A DNA stretch of 64,000 nt from Schmidtea polychroa (GCA_044892525.1 CM097885.1:218674001-218738000), one strand, 5' to 3'; numbered from the stretch's first letter, positions 13,217 through 26,619 are shown. Translations and numbers: made by a program. Notes: generated by a model not told the origin, from the letters alone.

Positions 13217-13750
13217 CAGGGACGGTTCTACCATATAGGCGAATTAGGCGGCCGCCTAGGGCGCAAAAATATTTTTCGAAATTATTTCTCGAATATATAA
13301 AAAAAATTATTTACTAACAAATTACATCTATCTAATATTCTTACATTATTAAACAGATAAGCTTAGAGGTTTAGTAAATACTAAATTTTACTGGCGAGAA
13401 AACGTTGTGAGAATCGGTAGCGCTAATTTTCCTCAGAGTATAAGGTATACTCTGTTTTCCTGCACGGCTGCACTGTGCAAGGCGAGTAAAACCGTAATTT
13501 TTATCTGGTGTTGCCGTATAACACAATCTGTGTTTGTGATTATTGTAATTTGTAAATCTGCATTATATTTTGAAATGGACAAATTTTTTATTTCACTCAA
13601 TAAAAAATTTATTATGAAATACCTACTCGTTGAATTAAGAAATTTAAATTATTAAAACATAATGTTTCAGTTGGCATTCTTTAAGGTAGGCGCTTCATAA
13701 AAATTTGCCTAGAGCGCTAGGCTTGGACAAAATTTCTTGAGCCGCCCCTG
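13217..13750. mobile_element. hAT (Tip100-like) MITE
   Basis: TIR CAGGGACGGTTC / CAGGGGCGGCTC (10/12), perfect 8-bp TSD ACAACAAT. Confidence 0.88.
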
Positions 13751-14219
13751 ACAACAATATTGTAATAATTGAAATATACAGTACTACCAATAATTAATGT
13801 ATCTACCTTGAAAAAATGACAAAAATGTAAAGAGTAAAATTGCATGTGAAATTTTTGATGAAAATTGTATTAAATCAAATCATTTTATTATTTTTATGGG
13901 TGCAAACCGACACACAACGGCTGAAATATATGAAATTAAACCAATTATAACGACCGTTTAGATTATATGATGGTTTACCTCAAACTTGACGCATTTTTAC
14001 TTGTTGACTATTTTCAACAATTTTGAGTCAAGTCAATAAATCATAATCGGTTTGAACATATATATTTTTTATGGATTTCCATTATATTTTGGTGGTCATC
14101 TCTCATGACTTTACATGAACCAATTGAATTTTTCAATACATAGAAATGTACAATTTCTTTGAGGGTGTGTTAAGAAGAAGATTAACTTGTGTAAATACAC
14201 ATTATGTTAAGAAATGAAG

Positions 14220-14960
14220 ACAGAGTTGCTATATTTTGATAATAATTTATATGGGTGAGCATTTAGTCAAAAATTACTTTATTGCGAATTAAAATGAATA
14301 TAGAATAAAACAGAATTAAATAAAATATGTTTTATTTCAAATCGGTGGATCTAGATATATTTACATTTGGTTACACAATAGAGGCAGATTTAGAAATTCC
14401 TGATTAGATATATTTAGTTAAATTACCAATAGAAACTGAAAAGATGCATGTATCAAAAGTAGAGAAATTGATGCTTACGCTATACACAAAAAATAATTAT
14501 GTTCTTCATTGGTGATTCCATCAAATACATCTTAATATTGGTGTGAATATCACAAAAATATTTAGGGCAATAAGAATTCGATAGTCTGCAATTTTCAATA
14601 AGTATGCTCTTATTAACACACAACTTTGTGTTTTGTCGATTATTACCCCTGATGAAATTTATTTTATATTATTAAATAATAGCTTGTATATGAAGACTGT
14701 CGAAAATGTAAAGAAGCGCATTAATTTAGTACTATTTAATACAGCTTTTAAATTAATAACTTATACATCGAAACCATGTTTTCTGAAAAAATATAAAATA
14801 GTTGGCGACTTAATTACATTGGAGTTAATTAATTACATTAATTACATTACAGTGCTTGATTTATCTAAACTGTGCATTTACCAACTGCAAAATACTGATT
14901 TTTAAAAATAAATGGATGAATTTAATTTCAAAATCAATATAATGCTGATGACACTGATAC
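14220..14960 (+). pseudogene. decayed protein-primed family-B DNA polymerase of Maverick/Polinton/adintovirus type
   Basis: Stop-riddled translation keeps DNNLYG*AFSQKL, GYTIEADLEIP, KVEKLMLTLYTKNNYVLH, LLNNSLYMKTVENVKKRINL, VLDLSKLCIYQ and a DTD-like motif in the expected order. Confidence 0.7.
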
Positions 14961-15449
14961 TAAATTAGAGAAATTATATAAATTTTTATTCTATGTAAAC
15001 GGGTGTACAAGATAAGTTGCTTATGTATGTTTTTAATTTTTTATATTTTCTTTTTTATTTAGTTTTTGTATTTGGAGATCATCAGAGAATTATAAAATTC
15101 AAGACTCTAGAATTTCCCAATCACTTTTGAAAAATATACATTTTTTTCTCTTTAAAAATGTAATGTTTCCGTAGTGGTGTACGCTCATCGGGAAACACTA
15201 TTGTAGATGGTAAGTATGTCTTATAAGGTTAAAATTGAATAATATTACATTTATTGCATTTTACATTAAGTAAAAAATAAAGTGTTTTTTGTGTTCAAAA
15301 TAAAACTATAAAAGCTTTCAAATTTCTCAAAATTCCACCTTAAAAATGTGAAGTGTTCCCAAGATGCCATGACCCCATGTTGGGGAACACTGTTCTAAAC
15401 GTTTATTCTATGAAATAAATTAACTAGAATAAAATATTTTTAGACATAC

Positions 15450-15783
15450 TTTAATTGTAAGTTCGGTGCTTCCAGGACTGTATTTGTTTCCAAATATAAT
15501 TGCTTGGATTTCTCAATTAGTTGGTTGCCGTTATCAAATGCCAGAACACGAAAAGCATATTTTAAACCGGGCATTAAATTTTCAACTTCGTAATTAAAAG
15601 TTTTTGAATTTGATATAGATATCTTCTGCTCCTCAAAACCTTGAATGCATTTCCATACAATCTGATATGAATATATATCCTCATTTAATGACTGGGGAAT
15701 GGTCCAAGATAATGCCACAGTGGTGTCAGTATTTTGCGTTGCGTTCAAACAAATGCAGTTCCCAGACAATTCCGATTCGGTTA
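15450..15783 (-). CDS. host multi-FN3 gene exon (complete FN3 repeat)
   Basis: TVALSWTIP...YQIVW...YEVENLMPGLKYAFRVLAF; TTTAG acceptor, GTATGT donor, phases consistent. Confidence 0.88.
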
Positions 15784-16163
15784 CTAAATTCAATTTGCGA
15801 TTCATAATGAAAAATCATTTAAAATTTTCAAAAATATTTGCATAATGAAAATAAATTTTAATAGTGAAAAATATATTCAAAGAATGTTCAAATGAATTAC
15901 AATTTTTTAATAGATCGTTCAAATAAGCATTATAAGTATTAAGGAAAATACTTTATTTTGAATTTTTAAGGTAAACCAAGAATTCACACAATAACCAATA
16001 ACACTTTGATTAAAATAAAAATGTTTCCTATTTTCCCGTGTGATTTGGGTACTTAATTGAACTATTTATATAAAAGTTTTGACATCTTCTTAAGTGTGCC
16101 ACTACTAGTACCATAGCAAACAGTTGACAAAAAATAAGGTAATAGAAAGTTCGATTATTGACT

Positions 16164-17160
16164 TGTTGGGTTTCTGGTTAATTTAAGTCGGTTACCTCTG
16201 ACTCCTCGTGTCCTTTAAATCAAAACAATAACGACCCAACGTATATTGAAATAACAAAATTCACAATCTTTTCTCACCACTTTACAATCAATAATCAAAG
16301 TTACGTTTGACCGATTCTCAGCACGGCGTTGATGCTTTGTAAATAGATAATATTCACCTTTTATTTCTTTAGATTCTCTTGACCCACATTTTCCTCTTTT
16401 TCTGTTTGATTTGATTCTTTTTCACCTTTTCGTATTCCTATTCTATATCTTCTTTTCCCTAATCTCCTTAATTAGTTTTTACTTATTCCTAACCCTAGAT
16501 GAGGCAAAATGCCGATTTGCTCTGATTTTCCCCTTCCATATATACTCTTCGAAATCGGGATGACAAATGGTTATTGCCGAGCCAATCTTTCACTTGACAT
16601 TTGCTTCCACGTATCTGCTTCGGCTGTCACCCATAATGGTCCAACGAACAAAGATAATTAATGGCCCGTCCGGCCTTTCTACACGCACTATCTTCTCTTT
16701 GCTCTTTTCCAATTAATCATTGTGTCAAGCTAATAGGCCCAAATCTTCCTTCTGTTTACCTTTCTTCTTGTTTACCCAGCTCGGGTTTCCCATTAGCTTG
16801 GGTTTTCTATTAGCCAATTAATTAATTAATTAACGTTTTCTGTTTTAACACATTTGAATGCTTTTCGACCTTTTCTAACCGTTTTCTGATAAATCCCTAA
16901 TCATCATCTTGTTGACCATTAGCTGATCTATACCTGTCCCGTTTTCCTAATTCGATTTCGATGATTTTACAATTTATCGATTTTTCACGGATTTCCGGAT
17001 TCTTGCCTTTCGCAATTGCTTTTGACATTTTCTAATACTGCTTCCATCACACTTTCCTTTACTATCAATTATGTGCATGATCACGCTTTTATTTGTCTTT
17101 TCTCTTCATTTATTAACCTAAATTTCATTTAAATTTATTTTAATTTTACAGACCTCAACA
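16164..17160 (-). mobile_element. solo LTR related to but diverged from the full-length provirus LTR
   Basis: TGTTG...CAACA termini, perfect 4-bp TSD GACT, shared motifs ctgactcct..tgt and gctcgggtttcccattag. Confidence 0.88.
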
Positions 17161-17179
17161 GACTATATTCTGTTATTTG

Positions 17180-18123
17180 ACATAGAGCTCACCTATACTC
17201 TAACCTGTTTATGTTTATGATAACGTTTAGCGGACAATTACGATATGGGAGACATAAAAGAATCAGTTAAAGAAACAATTTGACAATGCGAGGCATGTCA
17301 AAGAACGAATGTTGTGACAAAAAAGATGAAGGAAGAGACAATAAAGCTGACAGCAGAGGTGCCGTGGGAAAAAGTGTACATTGATATATGTGGCCCATTA
17401 CAGAAAACATTCAGAAAGAAAAGATATGTAGTCGCAATGATTGATCAATTTAGCAGATATATATCTCTGACTGCTGCCGCTAAACAGGATGAAGAAATGG
17501 TGAAGGAAACAATACTACAAAAATGGATTCTTAGATTTGGAGCACCAAAGGAAATTCACACAGAGTGTGGAAAAGTATTTGAATCTAAGACGATGAAAGA
17601 GTTTACAAAATCAATGGGAATTACACTATGCTTTTCAAGTCCATATCACAATAATACAAATGGTTTTATAGAACGTCAATTCAGGACAATAAGAGACTAT
17701 ATAAATGCATCATTAAAAGAAAAAAGTAGAACAGATTGGGCAGAAATCATACCAGAGATTAAATTTACCATGAATGCAACATTTCAGAAATCAATTGGAC
17801 GAAGCCCCACAGAAGTAATATTTGGAAGAAAAATAGCTCGAGAACAATTTCATAGTAAAGCGACGATTTCACAAAAAGAAGATACAAGAGAAACAACGCA
17901 GACAAGGAGATCATTCAATATTGGAGATGAGGTTCTGGTAAAAGTAGAATCAAGAACGAAAGACAAGGAAAGATACGAAGGGCCATACAGAATAATGCAG
18001 AAGATCCATGATCGCCGATATCTGCTACAAGACCAAAGTGGGAAAATGCTTCAAAGAAATGTTGAAAAGATGAAGAAATTTCTTAAAGAAGGGGGATGTG
18101 AAGTGCTTTCAGCAGAGGGTTAA
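17180..18123 (+). pseudogene. integrase remnant of a different, older Ty3/gypsy element, with PPT
   Basis: CEACQ zinc-finger half, VYIDICGP, IHTECG (second catalytic D replaced by E), NGFIERQFRT, RYEGPY (GPY/F); purine tract AAAGAAGGGGGA (18085-18096) followed by TG. Confidence 0.85.
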
Positions 18124-18595
18124 ATATTTCAATGATTTATCAAAATAATTTTAAATTGTAAATAATTGACTATTAACTTTTAATAACTTTTAAATAATTT
18201 TTAAATTGGATTTTTTAAGTTGAAATTTTTGAAAAATTAAAATAGCTTTTTAAAAAAGAAGTTTTATTAATGAAAAATTTTTAAATAAATATGTTTTAAA
18301 TATTGAAATATTTTGATAAATGGTTTTGAAAATATTTTATTCAACGCTGAAAATTTGTTTAAAATTATACAATATGTCATATAATAAATACTTGGAATTA
18401 TGTCGTTAACTTTTGAACCGGATTTAAAAATTAATTTAGAAGATGTGTTAGCAGCTTCTAATAATTATGAAATACACAAAAAAGACATGTCACATTTGTC
18501 ACTAACTTACTTTTGGAAGACACTAAAGTTTCATAAGAATTTTGATGATTTTATTATTTTAAGTGAATAAAGAAAAAAATATATTTAATTACAAT

Positions 18596-21500
18596 TAGGG
18601 TTGTTAATATCGGTTTTTCGAGCAATCCGATTATCGTTTGTATAAATCCGATTTTAAACCGATTATCGTTTGCACTTTGCATAACCAAAGCTACTTACAT
18701 TATTACTATTCACGCGCGTGTATAGTATAATTAGTTTTATTCAAAGTTTATACCACACACAAGGAGAATATGAACTGACTGTTTATGTAAAAAGTTAAAG
18801 CATATAAGTAAATTTGTTTTCAATTTCTTCGGTAATTTTCCCTGTATATACTAAAGTATAAATCAAAATAAAACTTTCCGGTGCTGCGGTGGCCTTATTT
18901 TAAAATTAAACATAAACATATCGAAACCATAGATATCAAAAACAAAGATTCCAAAGTGTAAACATTTAAAAGTAAGTACTAAATTCGATTTTATTTTTAA
19001 ATATCAGACAAGTCCTGGTTCATATTCAAAAAGACCAAAGATTCTGCATGATCTGGAAGGAGCCGGTTACGAAGCTTGGTTATCAGACGTCCAGTGGCCG
19101 AAAATAATCGTTCCGATTGCACTGAGGTTGCAGGAATGCATAAGAACTTCCGGGCAAGAATAGCTGTTTTGGGGAAAAGTTTCATATTATGTTTCCACCA
19201 CTCCAGGGCTGTTTCACTTGAGTTTGTCGACCATGATGATTTGACGTAATATTCAAAGTCGGATTCCTCTGGCGCCTGTTGTGCTGCACTATCACCAAGG
19301 AGAAACATAACTGCATCATGATTTGGTCGTGATCTTTTAGTTGGTGGGATCATGTTATCTTCATCCCGACTCGTCTTCGGCTGTTCGGGGCAATCTGGCA
19401 GCTGTCTGATGAGATGACGGACATTTTCATACGCCAGCTTTTTGAAATCGTCCGGAAATCCAGGAAGATGCTTATACATCGGATCGAGAATTGATGCAAC
19501 AACGCATTCGTTTTTTGCTGTTTCATTATTTTCTAATCCAAAACGACGTGAAATATTCTTAGCAAGATCTCTCTTAAATTCACCCATAATGTCAGAATCT
19601 TCTTCTTTAATGGTTAAATGATTTTTCACGAGTCCCCATAACATGGGAAAAACACAAGAGGCTGATGGCTGGCTTTCGGCTGACATGACGGACGTCACGA
19701 TCTGCAACGCTTTTAAAACAGGGAGCAATTCAGTCATCAGTTGCCAATAATCGTCCTTCATGCCCAACGTTTTGGCATCGTTCAATTTCACCACGTTTTT
19801 GTCGCTCAATACTGCAACTACTGGCCATCTCAGTTCTACTAGTCGTTCAAACATGTCATAGACGCTGTTCCAACGAGTCTTACAGTGCTGAATAAGTTTT
19901 AGTGGCGTTTTATCCTTGTCCATGGACAACTGTCTTTTCAGGAGCTCCCCCGTTGCCATTGGGCTATGTGAGAAATGTCCGACTAGTCGTGCTGCAGCTG
20001 ATATACATTTGGAAATTTGATGATATGTGACAACATGGGAGCCCATTGCATTATTGATGCAAAGTTGCAATTTATGCGCCGCACAGTGAACGTCAAACCA
20101 TCCATTGAGATTGCCTGCATGATTGATGTTGGATGCACCATCATGGACACATGCAACAATTTTTTCTTTTATTGACCATTCATCAGCTATACTACATAGA
20201 TGGTCAGCAATGACGGCTTGTATGTGGCGTTGAGTCATCAGAATTGTTCCAAGAACAGGCGTCATCATATTCCAGTCTGTATCAATGTAGCTTGCAGTAA
20301 AACTGAGATAAGCTTCATTGGTGACACTAGTCCAGATGTCGGTAGTGATCGCAATGTCCTTGACATGTTCATGGATATATTTCGACATTTTGACCACTAA
20401 ATTATTTTTCATTGCTGTTAGTCGTGCTGTCATCGTCTGACGACACGGAGGACGATATCCTGGCTCCACTATCGCCATCAATTCACGGAAGGATTTCGAT
20501 TCCACGAGCGAAATTGCCAACATATTTTCGGAAATCAATCTCGCAACCGCAGCCGTAATTTTTTCCTGTTTACTACTCGGACAATTTCTTTGTGTTGTAA
20601 TCAATGCAGTCAATCGTGTTTGAGTATTTGAAGATGTTGTTAATCCACCATGTTTGCTACGCAAATGTGCATGCAAACCAGTCGTAGTACCTCCACTCCT
20701 ACTTATTTTCTGTGTACAGAGCTTACATTGTGCCATCGTCGCCGAAATTTTATCAAAATTGTCCCAGACGTCAGACTTATTTATACGGAAACCCATAAAT
20801 TTAAACTGATTTTGTATTGATTTAGATAATATAAAAAATGTTTATTGAATATTACGTAATATTCAAACTAAACCGCAATTTTCAATTATATGGATTAATA
20901 ATAGCTACTACAAGAGCAACTAACTGAATGAATGGAAATTATATAACAGTTTATATGTTTATAGTAGATTTGAACCATGGATTGGAATTTCCAAAATCTT
21001 GTCATAAATTAAAATCCCGAAAATCAATTTACTTCGACCTGAGCAGCCTCTTAGACATTGTCAAAAGATCAACAAACTGAATAAATTTGAGAATGGTCGT
21101 CACCCAAACTTGAAGTTTGTCCTAGTGTCCAACTCTCTTCCATATTTCAATGGGTAAACAACCAAACATTATGATTCGAGGAATGGCACATGTCTTTCGA
21201 TCTCTTTACATCTGGCTTTCATGAAGATGATGCGGTATGCAATTCAGTTTATTCTGGTTTTAAGTTAAAACCAGAATAAACTTTTAACCGGTTCGCAGAT
21301 GCAAGATATCAGATTGCAAAATAGACCTTCACGGACTAAACACAAAATCGCCGACCTCGGCCACATCTAGTCCCTGTCAAGGGGGTTAATAGCTAAGCTT
21401 CTGTTATGGACTGCAGTAATCAAATCTTTGGTGGCCGATTTCGGCAACAAATATCAGGTTGCCAAACAAAACCGGCAAAATGCAAATACTAAAACACACA

Positions 21501-21935
21501 ACCACAACCTTGGCCTCAGCTGGTCCCGATTAAAAGATTTAATGGGCACAGTACCTGTCAGGGGCTGTATAAAACAAATCAGCGGTTGCCGATTACGGAC
21601 ATCAACTGACAAATAACTGGTCAGTCGGTGAGATATGTTGGAATACTAGAGCAACCTCTTGCCGTTGTTACAGGAATGGGATAATTGAAAAGATTGACTC
21701 ATGTACAAACACGTTGTAAGGAGTTTTGACGAGTTGAAAAAAACTGCCCCTTTCTGTCGGTAAAATTGAATGGATACAGTAGTAAACAATGAACAAAATT
21801 AAATTCCCGGCATTCAATTTATCTGTATAATATGTAAAAGACAAACAAAACCGATTATCGTTTTGTGAAATAAAGAAACCGATAATCGTTTTCAAAATCG
21901 AAAATCGGATTTCCGATTTTCGTTTAACAACCCTA
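18596..21935 (-). mobile_element. intact autonomous hAT (Ac/ZBED1-like) transposon
   Basis: Perfect 12-bp TIR TAGGGTTGTTAA, perfect 8-bp TSD ATTACAAT, CCGATT-type subterminal repeats at both ends, uninterrupted ORF. Confidence 0.95.
18997..20796 (-). CDS. hAT transposase, 599 aa (BED finger, DDE, dimerisation domain)
   Basis: VWDNF..AQCKLC...GLHAHLRSKH (BED), ITTDIWTS, VHDGASN, CAAHKLQL, TRWNS, IPATSVQSERLFS. Confidence 0.95.
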   Translation of the reverse strand: MGFRINKSDVWDNFDKISATMAQCKLCTQKISRSGGTTTGLHAHLRSKHGGLTTSSNTQTRLTALITTQRNCPSSKQEKITAAVARLISENMLAISLVESKSFRELMAIVEPGYRPPCRQTMTARLTAMKNNLVVKMSKYIHEHVKDIAITTDIWTSVTNEAYLSFTASYIDTDWNMMTPVLGTILMTQRHIQAVIADHLCSIADEWSIKEKIVACVHDGASNINHAGNLNGWFDVHCAAHKLQLCINNAMGSHVVTYHQISKCISAAARLVGHFSHSPMATGELLKRQLSMDKDKTPLKLIQHCKTRWNSVYDMFERLVELRWPVVAVLSDKNVVKLNDAKTLGMKDDYWQLMTELLPVLKALQIVTSVMSAESQPSASCVFPMLWGLVKNHLTIKEEDSDIMGEFKRDLAKNISRRFGLENNETAKNECVVASILDPMYKHLPGFPDDFKKLAYENVRHLIRQLPDCPEQPKTSRDEDNMIPPTKRSRPNHDAVMFLLGDSAAQQAPEESDFEYYVKSSWSTNSSETALEWWKHNMKLFPKTAILARKFLCIPATSVQSERLFSATGRLITKLRNRLLPDHAESLVFLNMNQDLSDI

Positions 21936-22418
21936 ATTACAATTATAAATAAAATACAATATCCAAAGTAAATCAAAGTCATAAATCTTTGGAATCTTCA
22001 TTAATTTTTAAGAGTATTAAAATATTCTAAATAGGTTTAAGAAATGCTGATAATTTAAAATCCTGAGCTTATTAAACATAAATTAAGCAATGAGAAATAG
22101 GGGTTATTATGTACAATAGTAAAGCAACTTTTTTAAAAAATAATTGCGACCAACTGAAGAAGACGGGGTTTTTATTTACAATGATATACAAGTCGAGTAA
22201 ATTCGTGGCAATTTTAAATTGTTAAAATTATTATATCTAATTAATTTAAATACAATTAAAAGTGGGGATATTATTGCTCATAATAGCTGAAATAAGAAAA
22301 TAACTGATTAACTGCCTAAATATAATATTTATTATAACTCATTTCTCACTAAGGACAAAGGCCTGTAATATGCAGTTTAAAATTTTCAAATGGTAAATTT
22401 TTAAAGTAAATTTTTTAA

Positions 22419-22639
22419 CCCATTAACGCCCAAAAGAAAACTACACATAAAAATTACTTTTAATCGTTAATTATTATGCCATATTAGGTAAATTAGAACA
22501 TTTATAACAAAAAATATGGAGAAAATCTATGGAGTGCCATCTATTGTTGAAATGAGTCTTCCAGGATAATCATTATAGAAAAACATGAAATCACACCTTT
22601 AACAAGTGTACCTACGTGAGTACAGTGGGAGGTAATGGG
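22419..22639. mobile_element. probable decayed piggyBac-type MITE
   Basis: TTAA|CCCATTAACGCCC ... GGGAGGTAATGGG|CTAA; TIR 10/13, TSD 3/4. Confidence 0.45.
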
Positions 22640-23487
22640 CTAAAATATAACAAAATTTAACTTTACTTAACTTTTATTTTATTATACACTAACAATTCAA
22701 ATAAAATTTAAACAAATATTTTCTGATAAATTATGGTAAAATATTGATATGTTTACGATTTGTTAGCTTTTCTGCTTCATTACATCTTATTTATTAAAGT
22801 ATATTTTTGAATGCTCATTTTTTTGATTAAAAATAATATAATTAAATTTCAGAACATTTTCAAAGGTAAAAAGTGATATGGTGAAATAATAGGTGAAAGA
22901 TGTAAAATCAAATCTAATTAAATTATAAATTTTTAAATAAATTTTAAATAAAATTTTATTAAAAGTTGTTGTTACAAAATTTTGATAGCCAGTATTTAAT
23001 TCAATATTAAAATTTATAAAAATGCCTCAGGAAAGATTTTGGAAATTTTTGTTTAAAAATTAGGAAAAATTTGAAAAACAGTTTTGTAATAAAAGTTATA
23101 TTTTAAATGTTTGTTTTAGTGTAATTTTTAAGGTAAAAATGATTGGAAACAGTGGAGAAAATGAATGCGATATAATCGCGGTTAACATGGCGACCCCACC
23201 AATGTACGTACGTAATATAAAAAAGGCTTCTTAATCAGAATTATTAGGACCAACAATCAACATGATGTATTAGATATTTTATATTTTCTTTAGTACTTTT
23301 ACTGTATTTCAATTTAAAAAGAAATACAATGTAAATTATATATCTGTCGGGAAATTTATTTCCATATACGGAAAATTTGTTCTCATAGAATTCTTTAAAT
23401 GTACTGCCGTAATTTGGAAATTTATTCATGTATCCAACAAACTTTTGAAAAAACAAATAAATATTTAATAAAAGGAATTATAATTAC

Positions 23488-23722
23488 CAGTTAGTACTCG
23501 CATATTGTTGAATTTGTCATATTCCATCTGACTTATTAATCTCCTCTTCGGTCCAGTAGACACATAAATGGGATTAGAAAATTCCGTGACTATTTGCTCG
23601 TTAGGAATTTGAAGTCTTACACAAAGTGATATTTTATAATGATTGTTATTCTTTAAAGTAATTTGAGCAATTCTTTCTGTATTTTCTAATTCTTTTGCGA
23701 TCGAAGAGTCATTAATGAATAT
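23488..23722 (-). CDS. host multi-FN3 gene exon
   Basis: TTAG acceptor phase 0, G|GTAATT donor phase 1; IFIND...NHYKISLCVRL...EFSNPIYVSTGP. Confidence 0.8.
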
Positions 23723-24173
23723 CTAATTCAAGAATTAGTCAAATTAATAATTAATATGCCAAAAAGATTTGAAAAGATGTATGACAAATTCATTACATTA
23801 AGTCTGAAGTCATAGGAAGCAGTGAACTAAAGTAAATTTATGTGTAAATGGGATGTTTACTCATTATCCATGTTACCTTTCTCTACTACTATGGCTTACA
23901 TTCAGCTGTAGATTAAGGTAATTGCTGCTTAGGGGTCTGGATAAGAAAAATGTTAAATTAGCTGTTTTCAACCTTTCTGGGTGTGACTCTTTGATAATAT
24001 TTGCCAAGTTGCTTTGACCTCAGCGATAAAATTAATCTTGTTGCTTCTCCACTGTACTTTTGCTGCAAACTATTATGTCTTTAACTTCTTAAATATCTGA
24101 TAATTTATTTTAGTTACAAATTTTATATAATTGAATCATAATAATTTATCTATCGAATGATTCATAGTCTTAT

Positions 24174-24606
24174 CATGGGAGTCCACAGGAATTTTTTCAA
24201 GGGGGGCCCAAAAATATTTTTTTACCAAGTAGACATTTTTTCTATGGGGAAGAGAGTTGAAAAATAATGCATGTGTATAATAAATATTTGGGGCATTATA
24301 CAAAATAGGACTTTTTTTAGTTTATTTACAAAATAGAACACTTTTTTTATAACCAGAACATCAGTTAATATTGAAAGTTTTTATACAAATAAGGTGATTT
24401 GAAATCATTGATTTCCAGATATAAATAATAACATTAGAATAACAGGAAGCCTTTTTAAATTAAATTTTTTATTAATTCTTTTTTGTCTTGGGTTTTTCTA
24501 ACATTGTTTGAGCGCATCTATTAAAATGTATTTAAATTAATCGAAAAATAGAATGGTTTGGGAAATTCAAGGGGGCAAGAGCCCCACCCCCTTGCGGACG
24601 CCCATG
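24174..24606. mobile_element. old hAT-type MITE
   Basis: TIR CATGGGAGTCC / CATGGGCGTCC with G-rich subtermini; TSD only 5/8. Confidence 0.55.
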
Positions 24607-25025
24607 AATGTTGTACGTCACTGCAGCGTAGTCAGAATAGTAGTAGATTAAATTAATATGATTATAAAAAACCACAAAAGCATAGCTTAATCACAGCAGA
24701 ATCTAGAAACTTGCAAATTAGAAATTGTAAAATGACTCAAAAAACACGTTTTTTATTTAAAAAATTAATTTTCAGATGGTTGGGGTTGCGACTCCACAGA
24801 TTGGGAACTACTGTGTTAGATAATAGCAAAAAATTTTAAGAATCACTTTTTCCGACTATTGATTGCATAATTATTATTAGATTATTAATTTAATAAAATA
24901 ACTTTTGATTATTTTAAAGAAAATTTAATAATCTAAATCAGACAAGTCCATCCAAAGTGTCCCATAGATCAAATTTTTCTGCAAACCGCACGTAATTAAA
25001 CTTTAAAAGAAAGAGCCTAAGAGTA

Positions 25026-25209
25026 CCGTATTTTAGCGAATATAGTGCGCTCCCCTGGATAGTGCGCACCTAAATTTCGCGCTCGATTCGGAAAAAAAGT
25101 TTGAAAAATACCGTATTTTAGCGAATTTTGACCTGTCTTATATAATGCGCATCGGTATTTTAGAAAAAAATACACAAAAAAAGTGCGCACTATAATCGCT
25201 AAAATACGG
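25026..25209. mobile_element. pogo-type MITE
   Basis: 25-bp TIR CCGTATTTTAGCGA(A/T)TATAGTGCGC with 1 mismatch, TA flanks. Confidence 0.88.
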
Positions 25210-26047
25210 TATATTAAAAAATAAAAAATCTGACGGGACCGATGTATGTTTAATTAATATTTCCAAATTCAGTAGGTGATATATACTAAAGAAATCCACT
25301 ATAATAATCCGAAAGTCACTTCAAATCTGAAATCATATCATTTTAGTAATAAAATTATAGTAACAAATTCCTCCAATCAAAGTATCCGATTCTTCGCATT
25401 TTTCTTTTTTCACTTGATTTGATGACAATTTCCAAGTTTAGTTAAATATAATTGAACAAGTGCATAATCAGATTAGTTGAATATATAAAATACGTTCTAG
25501 ATGATAATTTTCAATCAAAGTATCGAAAACATTTCTCAATTTCATCATTTCGCAACAATAATATTTTCATAAAATGAGGCCATACTTCTATTTTCAAAAT
25601 GAGGCAAATTAAATTCAAATTTTTAAAATTTTTCCTTAAATAGTTTAAATTATTCTACAATTTAAAACAGCATCGTCAAAATTTTACAAAAATGCAAATA
25701 TTTAACAATAATTAAAAATAATGTCAATTTTTGACATATTTACCCCGAAAAAAGTTTAATTTAAATTCCGCGATGGGCGTCAGCCATTATAGTATTATAA
25801 GAACTTTTTTCCAAATTTCACCACTGATTTCTTTTCCATTGTATTTATTAAAAAGCTTAAAGAGTATGAATCAGTAAATATATCGATGTTTTTGACCTGA
25901 AATAATAATATCCTAGATTAACTTTGTGATTAGTTTAACTGTACTTCGTACCATATACAACACTGTACCATATTTTTTATTGTTTATTGCACTATTTAAA
26001 GTAATAACAAAAATTTAACAATATCAAAATTATGAACAAAAATATAC

Positions 26048-26243
26048 TTGAAAAGATTTTATTTTCCAATCATTGCCGGCATTGACATCAGTCCATTCAA
26101 CGGTAAGGTTTTCATCATCCAGTTTCCTACAACTTAATAATGGTGATTTAGGTAACCCAGGAATGAATATTTGTATTTTTTGACTAATAAACCCGTGACT
26201 TGAATTTACAAATAACGAATCCACTTGCAACGTATAGTAAAAT
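26048..26243 (-). CDS. host multi-FN3 gene exon
   Basis: FYYTLQV...PGLPKSPLLSCRKLDDENLTVEWTDV; CAA|GTATAT donor is phase-matched to the next exon. Confidence 0.82.
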
Positions 26244-26289
26244 CTATTAATTAATTAATTCATTAAGCAAAATATATTAATAGTTTAAC

Positions 26290-26619
26290 CCAGATAATAA
26301 ATTTGTGAACTTAGTCATTCTCGCATTCCGATCCAGAACTTGTTTGATAATAGAATTCTCATGAAAACATGAAACGCCAAATTGTTTCAAAAAGTTTTCA
26401 TTTGTGAATTCATAAATATCCCAGTTCAGGTCAATATCATATTTATCCTTGTTATTTATTATATTAGAAGTGAGAGATTTTATTGCTCCTTGAACTGATT
26501 GATTAATAGTAACAAGCAATTCGTCAGAACAAGATTCGTCTAATCCAAGAGCTTTCGGTATATTTTCATCCAAGTTAGAAAATAAAGAAGTAATTTCTAT
26601 TTTTGGAATGTAATCAGGG
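26290..26619 (-). CDS. host multi-FN3 gene exon
   Basis: TTCTAG acceptor, open frame PDYIPKIEIT...LNWDIYEF...NLLSG; a 46-bp intron follows if GG|GTTAAA is the donor. Confidence 0.7.

Noticed and set aside
18997-20796. Domesticated ZBED1/DREF-type host gene
   Set aside because: Perfect TIRs and TSD show it is a mobile copy.
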